The notes beneath the pieces were generated by a model that saw nothing but the letters and a program-made list of their open reading frames with translations, was not told the origin of the DNA and did no database searches. Position numbers and translations under genes: made by a program. DNA of 53,451 nt from an uncultured Christensenella sp. (GTDB lineage Bacteria; Bacillota; Clostridia; Christensenellales; Borkfalkiaceae), in contig CAYYYD010000002.1 of the NCBI GenBank assembly GCA_964475885.1, positions 1 through 53,451 of the forward strand. Direction: 5' to 3'. Positions within the stretch are counted from its first letter, which is position 1; the number at the start of each line of letters is the position of its first letter. This document shows, piece by piece, positions 26,309 through 34,560 of the stretch.

Positions 26309-27970
26309 TTAATCGCTATATTTTTTTATACTGAACGCTACGTTGGTAATATGGTCGGCAACCCTTTCTAAATTAGATATGGTTTGCAGGTAAATAGAAC
26401 CTATTTGCGCCGTGCAAGAACCGTTCTTTAATCTTTCGATATGTCTGCCGTCCAATTCCGCGCTGAAATTATCTACCGACTGTTCTAATTTATCTACTTC
26501 GGGTAACAACGCAACGTCCCTTTCGTTAAACGCTTTAATGGAAACTTCGAACAATTCGTTAATGGTTTTAGAAAGCGTTTTAAGTTCGTGTACGGCGTCT
26601 TCGGATAAAGACAGTTCTTCGCTTTTTAGCCTTGCCGTGTACTCTACGATATTCTCGGCGTAATCGCCCACCCTTTCTATATCCGAAACGACATGATAAT
26701 AAGAACCTATTTTTTTGTCGTCTTTAAGCGAAAGGTCTCGCCCGATAAGTTTTGTAAGATAACCGGTAATGTTTCTGTTTAGCGCGTTAAGTTTGTTTTC
26801 GTTGTTTCTAAACGTTTCTTGCTCTTCGACTTCGGTGTCGAAAAGCATTTTCATAGAAAGGTTTAAATTCTCTCTGGCGATGTTCGCCATTTTAATAATT
26901 TCCAATTTAGTGTTGCTGACGGCAACGGCAGGCGTTTCGAACAAACGCTCGTCTATATATGTAAAAGCCGAATCTTTAATTTCGGCGTCTTTATCGGGAA
27001 TGATAAGACAAACGAGTTTAACGAACCACTTAACGAACGGAAGCATTAAAACGGTTGTAATAACATTGAACATAGTGTGGAATATTGCAATCTGCCAACC
27101 CACGTCGCTTGTTATAAGCGAAAAAATTTCGGCTATTTCGTTGCCCCAAATCCATAACGGAACTATAAAAACAACGCAACCTATGGTGTTAAACAGCAAG
27201 TGTATTATAGCCGTTCTTCTGGCGTTTACGTTTGTTCCGATAGACGACATAACCGAAGTTACGCATGTACCGATATTAGAACCAAGCGCAAGGAACAGTG
27301 CGTTGTTAAACGACAAAACGCCTATGCTTGCCAACGACACCATCAAACTTGTAATCGCCGCCGAACTATGTACCAAAGCCGTTAGCACTATACCTATTAA
27401 AACAAGCAATAACGGAAAATGTTCTTGACGGAAAATCGCCTGAGCGACGGGTTGCGGAGTACCGTCTGCCGTTAGCATTATTTTGCTTGCGTAGGTAGAA
27501 ACGACTTCTAGTCCGATAAACAAAATACCCAATCCGCCCAAAATATTGCCCACGGTTGCGACTTTTTCGTTTTTAACCAACATAGAAACAAACACGCCGA
27601 CGCAGCCCAAAACACATATAATAGCGCCTATGTTTATGCTTCCGCCCGCGCCCGACAAAGAAACTATATGGGCGGTAACGGTAGTACCTATGTTGGCGCC
27701 CATAATAACGTTTGCCGCTTGTTCTAGCGTCATTAACCCTACGTTGACGAACCCGACGAGCATTACGGTAGTTGCGGTAGAACTTTGAATTATACTTGTA
27801 ACCGCAAGCCCGACGCCTACGCCGGCGAACCTGTTGGTGGTAATTTTGCCGAGCATAACTTTCATTTTACTGCCGGCGAACTTTTCAAGCCCGCCACCCA
27901 TAAACTTCATGCCGACCATTATCGCCGCGACACCGCCGAACATAAAAAAGAGATTCCAAACCAATTCCAT
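26309..27970 (-). CDS. Na/Pi cotransporter family protein with PhoU-like C-terminal domain
   Basis: 553 aa with duplicated NIGTTVTA / NIGTCVTS motifs in the membrane part and a helical C-terminal ~200 aa. Confidence 0.85.
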   Translation of the reverse strand: MELVWNLFFMFGGVAAIMVGMKFMGGGLEKFAGSKMKVMLGKITTNRFAGVGVGLAVTSIIQSSTATTVMLVGFVNVGLMTLEQAANVIMGANIGTTVTAHIVSLSGAGGSINIGAIICVLGCVGVFVSMLVKNEKVATVGNILGGLGILFIGLEVVSTYASKIMLTADGTPQPVAQAIFRQEHFPLLLVLIGIVLTALVHSSAAITSLMVSLASIGVLSFNNALFLALGSNIGTCVTSVMSSIGTNVNARRTAIIHLLFNTIGCVVFIVPLWIWGNEIAEIFSLITSDVGWQIAIFHTMFNVITTVLMLPFVKWFVKLVCLIIPDKDAEIKDSAFTYIDERLFETPAVAVSNTKLEIIKMANIARENLNLSMKMLFDTEVEEQETFRNNENKLNALNRNITGYLTKLIGRDLSLKDDKKIGSYYHVVSDIERVGDYAENIVEYTARLKSEELSLSEDAVHELKTLSKTINELFEVSIKAFNERDVALLPEVDKLEQSVDNFSAELDGRHIERLKNGSCTAQIGSIYLQTISNLERVADHITNVAFSIKKYSD

Positions 27971-28077
27971 AAAAAATGTTTCCCCTTTGGTAAAAATCCG
28001 ATATTTCGTTTTTCGTTTATATTCTAACCTTTAATCGAGAGCCTTGTCAAACAATTTTACTAAGGCGACTAAAAGAT

Positions 28078-28569
28078 TTATCTTTCGGGAATAAAGCCCT
28101 GCGTGTTAAAACCGGGGTAACCTAACTGTCTTAAACCTTCGTATACGCCCACGCATACCGAGTTAGACAGGTTAAGCGACCTTAAATCTCCCATCATAGG
28201 AAGCCTTACGCATTCGTCGTAATGCTTTTTTAACAAGTCTTCGGGAAGCCCTTTCGTTTCTTTACCGAAAACCAAAAAGTCGCCGTCGTTATACTTTACG
28301 TCGGAATGAACGTTTTTGGCTTTTGTAGAGAAAAAATGAAAGTTTTTGCCATTATAAAACTTGTCCATTACCTGTTCTATACTGTCGTAATAAGATATGT
28401 CTAAGTATTTCCAGTAATCCAGCCCCGCCCTTTTTAAGTGCTTGTCCGTAATTTCAAATCCGAGCGGACGAACGAAAATAAGTTTAGAACCCGTAACCGC
28501 ACAGGTCCTGCTTATGTTACCTGCGTTTTGCGGTATTTCAGGCTCTACCAAAACTATCGTAAATGCCAT
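28078..28569 (-). CDS. trmL: tRNA (cytidine/uridine-2'-O-)-methyltransferase TrmL (SpoU/TrmH family)
   Basis: 163 aa; IVLVEPEIPQNAGNISRTC opening and the SLNLSNS knot motif. Confidence 0.85.
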   Translation of the reverse strand: MAFTIVLVEPEIPQNAGNISRTCAVTGSKLIFVRPLGFEITDKHLKRAGLDYWKYLDISYYDSIEQVMDKFYNGKNFHFFSTKAKNVHSDVKYNDGDFLVFGKETKGLPEDLLKKHYDECVRLPMMGDLRSLNLSNSVCVGVYEGLRQLGYPGFNTQGFIPER

Positions 28570-28589
28570 AACTCTCTCCTTTATATTTA

Positions 28590-29264
28590 TTAAAGTTTAT
28601 TGTTTTTGTAAAAACCGCGCCTTCTGGCGCTTATTAAATGAAAATCTTTTTCGGCTTTTAATTTGTATTTTACCATATCCGAACCGCTTGCTATTTTTAT
28701 ACTTCCCGAAATCCCCGACACCGCCCCGTAATTTTTGGCGCAAAGTATCATTGGCACGCCGTTAGAATAGGCGCCGGCTCTCAGCATAATTTCGGGCATA
28801 AACCCGTCTAGTTTTTTCATAACGCATACTATAACGTCGGCGTCGCACATAGCCATTATTCGGGCGGTTTCGGTAAACAAAAGGTCTTCGCCTACTATTA
28901 CGCCTATTTTACCGGCGCCCGTTTCGTACACACGCAACGCGCTACCCGACACGAACTCGCTGTCGTCGAAAGAATAAGTCATATCGGAAACGCCCAAAAT
29001 TTTGCCCTTTTCGGCAACGACGACGGAATGTCTGAACACACCGTACGTATCCGTATCGCAACCGCAAATCACCACCGCCGACATCTGTTTAGAAAACTTG
29101 GCAAGGTCGTGAAAGTACTCGGTTTCCCCGCCGAGTTCTTTTTTGTAACTTACAAGCCCTAAGCCGTTAAACCCGAAAACGATAAGTTCTTGACCGTTGA
29201 GTTCGGCAAGTTTTTCTTGCCATACTTCGTTAAGAGTTCCTGCCGTTACCAAACACAATTTCAT
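28590..29264 (-). CDS. carbon-nitrogen hydrolase-like protein lacking the Glu-Lys-Cys triad
   Basis: 224 aa. Blocks resemble the nitrilase superfamily (GKIGVIVGEDLLFTE versus GxxICYDxxFPE; CDADVIVC; RAGAYSNGVPMILCA), but the catalytic positions are substituted. Confidence 0.55.
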   Translation of the reverse strand: MKLCLVTAGTLNEVWQEKLAELNGQELIVFGFNGLGLVSYKKELGGETEYFHDLAKFSKQMSAVVICGCDTDTYGVFRHSVVVAEKGKILGVSDMTYSFDDSEFVSGSALRVYETGAGKIGVIVGEDLLFTETARIMAMCDADVIVCVMKKLDGFMPEIMLRAGAYSNGVPMILCAKNYGAVSGISGSIKIASGSDMVKYKLKAEKDFHLISARRRGFYKNNKL

Positions 29265-29319
29265 AGCACGCTCCGAAAAAAAGACATCAATTCATTGTAT
29301 TTAGCCAGGCGGTGTTTTG

Positions 29320-30258
29320 TTAAAAATTTTTGTCTATCAACTCTAAAATCGTTTCGGTGTCTTCGCAAGACAGCAGTTTGGTTTTTAATTCTTTCATATT
29401 GGGCATACCCTTAAAGTAGTAAGGAACGAATTTTCTAAACTCTACCGAAGCCCTTTTGTCCGACATAATCTCTCTGCGTAGCCTAACGTGTTTTAACATA
29501 AACTCTTTTAACGAATAGGGCTGTCGTTTATTTAAAAGTTTGCAAACCAAAAACGGGTCGGCGATAGCCCCGCGCGCAAGCATAACCCCGTCGGCGCCCG
29601 TTTTGTTTACCATATCGTCGGCGTCTTTTACCGTAAAAATTCCGCCGTTTGCAATTACGGGAATACTAACAGATTTTTTAGCCTTTTCTATTGCATTAAA
29701 ATCGGGCTCGCCCGAATAGTATTTTTCCCTTACTCTGCCGTGAACGGTTATAAGTTTTGCTCCGCTCTGCTCTACCATTTTGGCGTATTCCGACGCTACG
29801 TCGTCGCCTTCCTTTAAGCCTGTGCGAATTTTTACGGTAATCGTCTTTCCGCTTTTTACACATTCTTTAACAATGCTTTCGGCAAGCAGAACGTCTTTTA
29901 AAAGCGCACTGCCTTCGCCGTTTTTGTAAATTTTAGGAACGGGACAGCCCATATTTATATCGACTACCTTAAATTGACTTAGTTCTTGGCTTTCGCACGC
30001 TTTACGCATAAAATAAGGCTCGCTTCCGAAAATCTGCACCGCTGTTTTTTCTGTATCCGAACCGCAATACAAAAGCCCTGCGTTGCCCTTGTTTTTATAA
30101 ACAATTCCTTTTGCCGAAACGAGTTCGGTAAACGTAAGCCCTACCCCCGTTTCGATTAAAAGTTTACGAAAGGCGTAGTCGGTATACCCCGCCATCGGCG
30201 CCAAAAAAATATTGTTTTCAGTTGTAACCGACTTTAAGTCTATGCTTTTTACTATCAT
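29320..30258 (-). CDS. dusB: tRNA dihydrouridine synthase
   Basis: 312 aa; FLAPMAGYTD and DINMGCP (catalytic Cys) motifs. Confidence 0.88.
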   Translation of the reverse strand: MIVKSIDLKSVTTENNIFLAPMAGYTDYAFRKLLIETGVGLTFTELVSAKGIVYKNKGNAGLLYCGSDTEKTAVQIFGSEPYFMRKACESQELSQFKVVDINMGCPVPKIYKNGEGSALLKDVLLAESIVKECVKSGKTITVKIRTGLKEGDDVASEYAKMVEQSGAKLITVHGRVREKYYSGEPDFNAIEKAKKSVSIPVIANGGIFTVKDADDMVNKTGADGVMLARGAIADPFLVCKLLNKRQPYSLKEFMLKHVRLRREIMSDKRASVEFRKFVPYYFKGMPNMKELKTKLLSCEDTETILELIDKNF

Positions 30259-31573
30259 ACTTAACCTTTATCGTTATCAGTACTACTAAGTTTACCAAAC
30301 AAGCGAAAAAATAGCAAGCGATTAAACCGATAGCACCGCCGTAAATATTAAGCGAAGGGTTTTTCATTAGCAAAACTTCGGTAATTGTTTTAACGGCAAT
30401 GCCCGACAAAAGGCTTATAACTGGTATATAAGGCTTTCCCATACCTATAAACACGCCGTTTTCCGTTTGAAGCACCGACAAAAACAATACTATGGGCGAA
30501 CACAGTTTTAATAAATTACACGAAAGAATAAACTCGCTTTCGGATAGCGACGGGAAAAGTATTTTAATTATAATTTCAGAAAAGAAAAAAACAAAAAGGG
30601 TGGCAAGCCCCGACACCGCAAAGGTAAGCGCCAACGTTTTTACTGCATTCTTTTTTTTGTCTAAACGGGTTTTTGCGCCCGACACCGCAGGCACGGTTAC
30701 CGAAGATATTCCGTAACAAACGGCGACGGGAAGATGTATTACCGTAAGCGCCACGCCCGAAAGTATTCCGTAAAGCGTGGTTGCGTCCGAACGGTATGCA
30801 CCTAATATATTCAGCGTTAAAAAACTGTCCGCCACCTGCGAAAGGGGTAAAACTATGCCCGTTAAAGTTACGGGTATGGCAATATAAAAAATCTTTTTCG
30901 CCATACTAAAAAATTCCGCCTTGTCGGTTTTTACGAACAACGGCGTTTTTGCTTGCGACTTTTTATACCTTAAAACCAAATATACCAGCGCTACCGCTTC
31001 AGACAAAGTAATGCCCAGCGTTGCCCCTGCCACCGACAACGCCATACTCGGCAAAAAAACGTAAGCGAAAAATAGCCCGAAAACAAGTTTTACTGCCTGC
31101 TCGGTTACCTGCGAAACCGCCGTGGGGCGCATATCCATTTTGCCCTGGAAATATCCCCTGAAACAAGAAATTAAACTTACCGCCAAAACCGACGGCGACA
31201 AAAATAAATAGCCGAGATATGCTTCGCCGTTTCCCTGCGCTACCGAAAAGGGTTTACAAAAAAACGCCATTGTCAAAAACCCGACAGTACCTAAAACCGA
31301 CAAACATTTAAGCGCTACGCCAAGATACTTTTTTGCGGTTAGCGTATCGGTTTCTTTGGCGATTATTTTAGATAATGCGTTAGGCACGCCTGCGCCCGAA
31401 AAATCTAAAAGCACGGTGTAAACGGGAAACACCATTTGGTAAAGCCCTAACCCCGCCGGCGTAAGTATGGCGGTAAGCGGTATTCTGTATACCGCACCCA
31501 AAAGTTTTGCCAAAAAAGTGCCTAGCCCCAGCGTAAAAGCCGAGCGGAAAATCTTTTTTTTAGTCGTTTGCAT
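30218..31573 (-). CDS. MOP-superfamily flippase (SpoVB/YabM/MurJ-like polysaccharide biosynthesis protein)
   Basis: 451 aa, 12 or more hydrophobic segments. It sits directly downstream of spoVT, as yabM does in B. subtilis. Confidence 0.7.
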   Translation of the reverse strand: MQTTKKKIFRSAFTLGLGTFLAKLLGAVYRIPLTAILTPAGLGLYQMVFPVYTVLLDFSGAGVPNALSKIIAKETDTLTAKKYLGVALKCLSVLGTVGFLTMAFFCKPFSVAQGNGEAYLGYLFLSPSVLAVSLISCFRGYFQGKMDMRPTAVSQVTEQAVKLVFGLFFAYVFLPSMALSVAGATLGITLSEAVALVYLVLRYKKSQAKTPLFVKTDKAEFFSMAKKIFYIAIPVTLTGIVLPLSQVADSFLTLNILGAYRSDATTLYGILSGVALTVIHLPVAVCYGISSVTVPAVSGAKTRLDKKKNAVKTLALTFAVSGLATLFVFFFSEIIIKILFPSLSESEFILSCNLLKLCSPIVLFLSVLQTENGVFIGMGKPYIPVISLLSGIAVKTITEVLLMKNPSLNIYGGAIGLIACYFFACLVNLVVLITIKVKYDSKKHRLKVGYN

Positions 31574-31608
31574 ATGTAATTAAAGCCGTACCTACGGCAC
31601 GACTTTAA

Positions 31609-32154
31609 TTACAACTTAAACTGTTCGCTTAAAAACTTGGCACCCAAAACGGCCATTTTAACGTCGCACTGCGAAAAAGCAAAATCTACATCGTCGTTAA
31701 TAAGCACCACTGCGCCGAACACGTCCGTTCCGTACACTACGGGCGAAATAATTTGACTTTCTATATCTAACGTTTCCCCGTCGGTCAACTGTACGGGCGT
31801 TTTTTCGCCCGATTTAAAACTTGCGCTTTCGCCCCTGCGAATAAAGTCGACTAGCTTTTTAGACAACTTTTTATTTTCTAAAAACTTTAATTTTTTTAAA
31901 GAAGCGCAAACCACCGAATCGGTATCCGTAACCACGCACGGTTTACCCGTAACGTCGCTTAAACTTTTCGCAACGTATTCCGCCGAATTTTTAACGGATA
32001 GCACGGGCGAATATTTTTTTATTACAAGCCGTAAGTTTTCTATACCGATTTCTACGGGGTCGCCTTCGCTAATCGTAAGCGTCTTTCTCATTTCTTTCGG
32101 AATAACTATTCTGCCTAAGTGGTCTATGCGCCTAACCATTCCCGTGTTTGACAT
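31609..32154 (-). CDS. spoVT: stage V sporulation protein T (AbrB-family regulator)
   Basis: 181 aa; N-terminal VRRIDHLGRIVIPKEMRKTLTISEGDPVEI swapped-hairpin domain plus a GAF-like C-terminus. Confidence 0.85.
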   Translation of the reverse strand: MSNTGMVRRIDHLGRIVIPKEMRKTLTISEGDPVEIGIENLRLVIKKYSPVLSVKNSAEYVAKSLSDVTGKPCVVTDTDSVVCASLKKLKFLENKKLSKKLVDFIRRGESASFKSGEKTPVQLTDGETLDIESQIISPVVYGTDVFGAVVLINDDVDFAFSQCDVKMAVLGAKFLSEQFKL

Positions 32155-32274
32155 AAAAAAATCTCCTTGTCAGATAAACTGTTAAAGGTATTATCTGTAA
32201 TACAAGAAGATTTATTCGTCAACGTCGCTTCGTTACGGCAACGCGTTTTTGCCGAACGAAAAGTTTATTAAGTT

Positions 32275-33360
32275 TTATGCGCGATGATTTTTGTACCATT
32301 CGGTATTTTTTAGTATTTCGTTACTTACCGAACAATTTACCGTTATTTCCGTTTGCCCCGAAGCGACCACTATGTTACCGTTAAGCCCCACATACTCGGC
32401 ACCGTTAGTCAACTCGGGGTCGCAAGTGCTGACCACATAAATTTTTTCGGTATACAAATGCAAATTGTCTAAAACTTCTTTATGCGGAAAGCCGTACCCG
32501 TCGCCGTAATCTTTTTCTGCCGCACAACACGGAATAACCACTATGTCCGGTTTTATAACATCTAGCAATTTAAGACTGCTTGCCGTTTTAGAACCGTGAT
32601 GCCCCGCCTTATAAAAATCTACTTCGGGTAAATCGTTGTACTGTACCAAATACTCTTCGCCCTTTTTTTCTAAATCGCCGGTAAACAAAAAGTTTCTGTC
32701 GCCGTGCGTAAACATAATACACACCGAATAATCGTTTTCGTTAGAAGTAGTATGCTCGTAATAGTAGTTATACAAGATATTCATGGTAATACCGTCGCCT
32801 AGTTGATACTGCCTTTTAGCGCCTTCTTTACTTTGGTTGTAACACTCTAACGCGGTAAAATGTTGCGCGCCCGCCTGCACTTCGGCGTCGCGTTTTTCTA
32901 CGTATCTGTTATACGTAGCAGTCTTTTTGTTGGTAAGCGGAAAGTCTATTATAACTTCGCACTCGTAAAAATCAAAAATACTGCTATTCTCTTTTGTGGT
33001 TCCGGCAAAGCCCGAAATGTGGTCGGAATCGCCGTGAGTGGCTATAACGTACTCTAACGTATTGTCTTCGCAATAGGTGTCTACGTAACTTTTAATATCG
33101 TCTACGCTGTTTGCTTCCGAACCGGCGTCTATTAAAATATCGTTGTCGCCTGCCTTTATGTAAATGCAATCGCCCGAATGGTCGTTACCGAGCATCATAA
33201 AATGAAAGGACAGGTCGCCTTCTACCGGAACGGGCGGGGTATCTTTTTGATAATAATTCTTATAATAGTAATACCCTGCCAAAAGAACCAGAATAAATAT
33301 TATCGCAAACACCGCCGCGCCTGCGCTCGATTTTCTTTTTTTGCGTTTGGTTTTAGCCAT
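32275..33360 (-). CDS. membrane-anchored MBL-fold hydrolase (ComEC C-terminal-domain-like)
   Basis: 361 aa; N-terminal TM (AAVFAIIFILVLLAGYYYY), then DAGSE, ATHGDSDHISG and AGHHGS motifs. Confidence 0.7.
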   Translation of the reverse strand: MAKTKRKKRKSSAGAAVFAIIFILVLLAGYYYYKNYYQKDTPPVPVEGDLSFHFMMLGNDHSGDCIYIKAGDNDILIDAGSEANSVDDIKSYVDTYCEDNTLEYVIATHGDSDHISGFAGTTKENSSIFDFYECEVIIDFPLTNKKTATYNRYVEKRDAEVQAGAQHFTALECYNQSKEGAKRQYQLGDGITMNILYNYYYEHTTSNENDYSVCIMFTHGDRNFLFTGDLEKKGEEYLVQYNDLPEVDFYKAGHHGSKTASSLKLLDVIKPDIVVIPCCAAEKDYGDGYGFPHKEVLDNLHLYTEKIYVVSTCDPELTNGAEYVGLNGNIVVASGQTEITVNCSVSNEILKNTEWYKNHRA

Positions 33361-33368
33361 ATTTTACC

Positions 33369-34340
33369 TTATAATAAATTTTTTATTAAGTCTTGCGGGT
33401 CTTTGTCGGAAAGATATTTAATAGGAATATCGAAAACCGTATACACACCGCTTTTGTTTTCTTTGCTTAGTTTATATACCGCTCTGCCGTAAGCGACCAA
33501 AACGCTACCCGTAAACTCCGGATTAGAATCTAAACTTAAAGAGAGTTCCAACAAATCTTTGTTCTTTTCGGTAGTGTTACCCGAACGCAACACGAAACCG
33601 CCGTGTCCTAAATTTTCTTGCATTTTTTTGACTTCTTCTTCCGAAACGAAGTTTACCACCGTTTGATAATCGGCAAAGTAATCGGGCATTGTTACTATTT
33701 GCCTTTCTATTTCTTTTTTGTCTGCGCCATCTTTTACCGCCACGTAACATTCTCTTAAATGTTTGTCGCCCGTTTTAAGTTGCGGACGGTTACCGCTTCT
33801 TACCGACTGCAACGCGCTTTCTTTGGGAACGGTGTACTGAATTGCGTTTACCACCCCGTCGATTTTTCTTATTGCGTTGCTATGCCCCTGCGACACGCCC
33901 TTGCCCCAAAACGTATAATCGTCGCCGTCGGGCAAAACCGCGCCGAACAACATTCTTGCAATAGAAAACAAACCGGGGTCCCAGCCTATGCTTATTGCCG
34001 AAACGGTATTGTTTTCTTTTGCGACCGCCTGTAATTTTTGGTAATATTCGGGAATTTTTGCGTGAGTATCAAAAGAGTCTACGGTATTAAAATCTTTTAG
34101 ATAGCCCGCCGTGGTTTGCGGAAGTTCGGTTGCGCTTCCGCCACATAAAAACAACACGTCTATTTTACCTTTAAACTTATTAAGTTCGTCTACGCCGTAT
34201 ACGTTTACGCCAGTCGCGTCTAAACTTTTAGGGTCGCGCTTGGTAAAAATGCCGACCAAAGACATATCGTTTGCTTTTTTAAGCGCTTGAAGTACGCCCT
34301 TACCCAAATTGCCGAAACCGACGATTGCAACTTTAATCAT
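33369..34340 (-). CDS. ddh: meso-diaminopimelate D-dehydrogenase
   Basis: Start placed at MIKVAIVGFGNLGKG (Rossmann). About 323 aa, typical of Ddh. The ORF extension to 34385 is unsupported. Confidence 0.8.
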   Translation of the reverse strand: MIKVAIVGFGNLGKGVLQALKKANDMSLVGIFTKRDPKSLDATGVNVYGVDELNKFKGKIDVLFLCGGSATELPQTTAGYLKDFNTVDSFDTHAKIPEYYQKLQAVAKENNTVSAISIGWDPGLFSIARMLFGAVLPDGDDYTFWGKGVSQGHSNAIRKIDGVVNAIQYTVPKESALQSVRSGNRPQLKTGDKHLRECYVAVKDGADKKEIERQIVTMPDYFADYQTVVNFVSEEEVKKMQENLGHGGFVLRSGNTTEKNKDLLELSLSLDSNPEFTGSVLVAYGRAVYKLSKENKSGVYTVFDIPIKYLSDKDPQDLIKNLL

Positions 34341-34560
34341 AAAAAACACCGCCTTACAAGTTTTATTTTTTTTTACTATATACATTTTACTATATTCGGC
34401 TTTATTTTCAAAACGATTTTACAAAAGTTTTGGTTATGGCAATTAAAAGTAAAAATTAACCGTTATTATCTTTTTCGTCTTTTTTCGGTAAAAACACATA
34501 AAACCCGACGGTTGCGTCTTTTTATAATGTTTACACATAAATATTTTGTCGGGTGATTTT

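Noticed and set aside
26769-27428. Long antisense ORFs nested inside well-supported genes: 219 aa here, plus 368-898, 5388-5918, 23901-24332, 25749-26261, 45681-46097, 50189-50602 and 52007-52384.
   Set aside because: Each lies wholly antisense to a gene with clear family motifs. Each also has a low-complexity Ser/Leu/Phe/Arg-rich composition and no SD or promoter. These are the usual shadow ORFs, not overlapping genes.
30218-30258. 41-nt overlap between the flippase 3' end and the dusB start, as a possible frameshift or fusion.
   Set aside because: Both reading frames are intact with normal termini, and the first dusB Met precedes the conserved LAPMAGYTD by the usual distance. An ordinary out-of-frame overlap explains it.
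34341-34560. Possible lysine riboswitch upstream of ddh, Spo0A boxes upstream of spoIIE, and elsewhere a c-di-AMP riboswitch before trkA.
   Set aside because: The ddh leader is AT-rich with no L-box-like conserved helices that I can recognise. Only degenerate 0A-box-like heptamers (TTCGTCT, TGTCGGG) are present, at implausible positions. The trkA leader is too short (about 10 nt from the predicted TSS) to hold a riboswitch.
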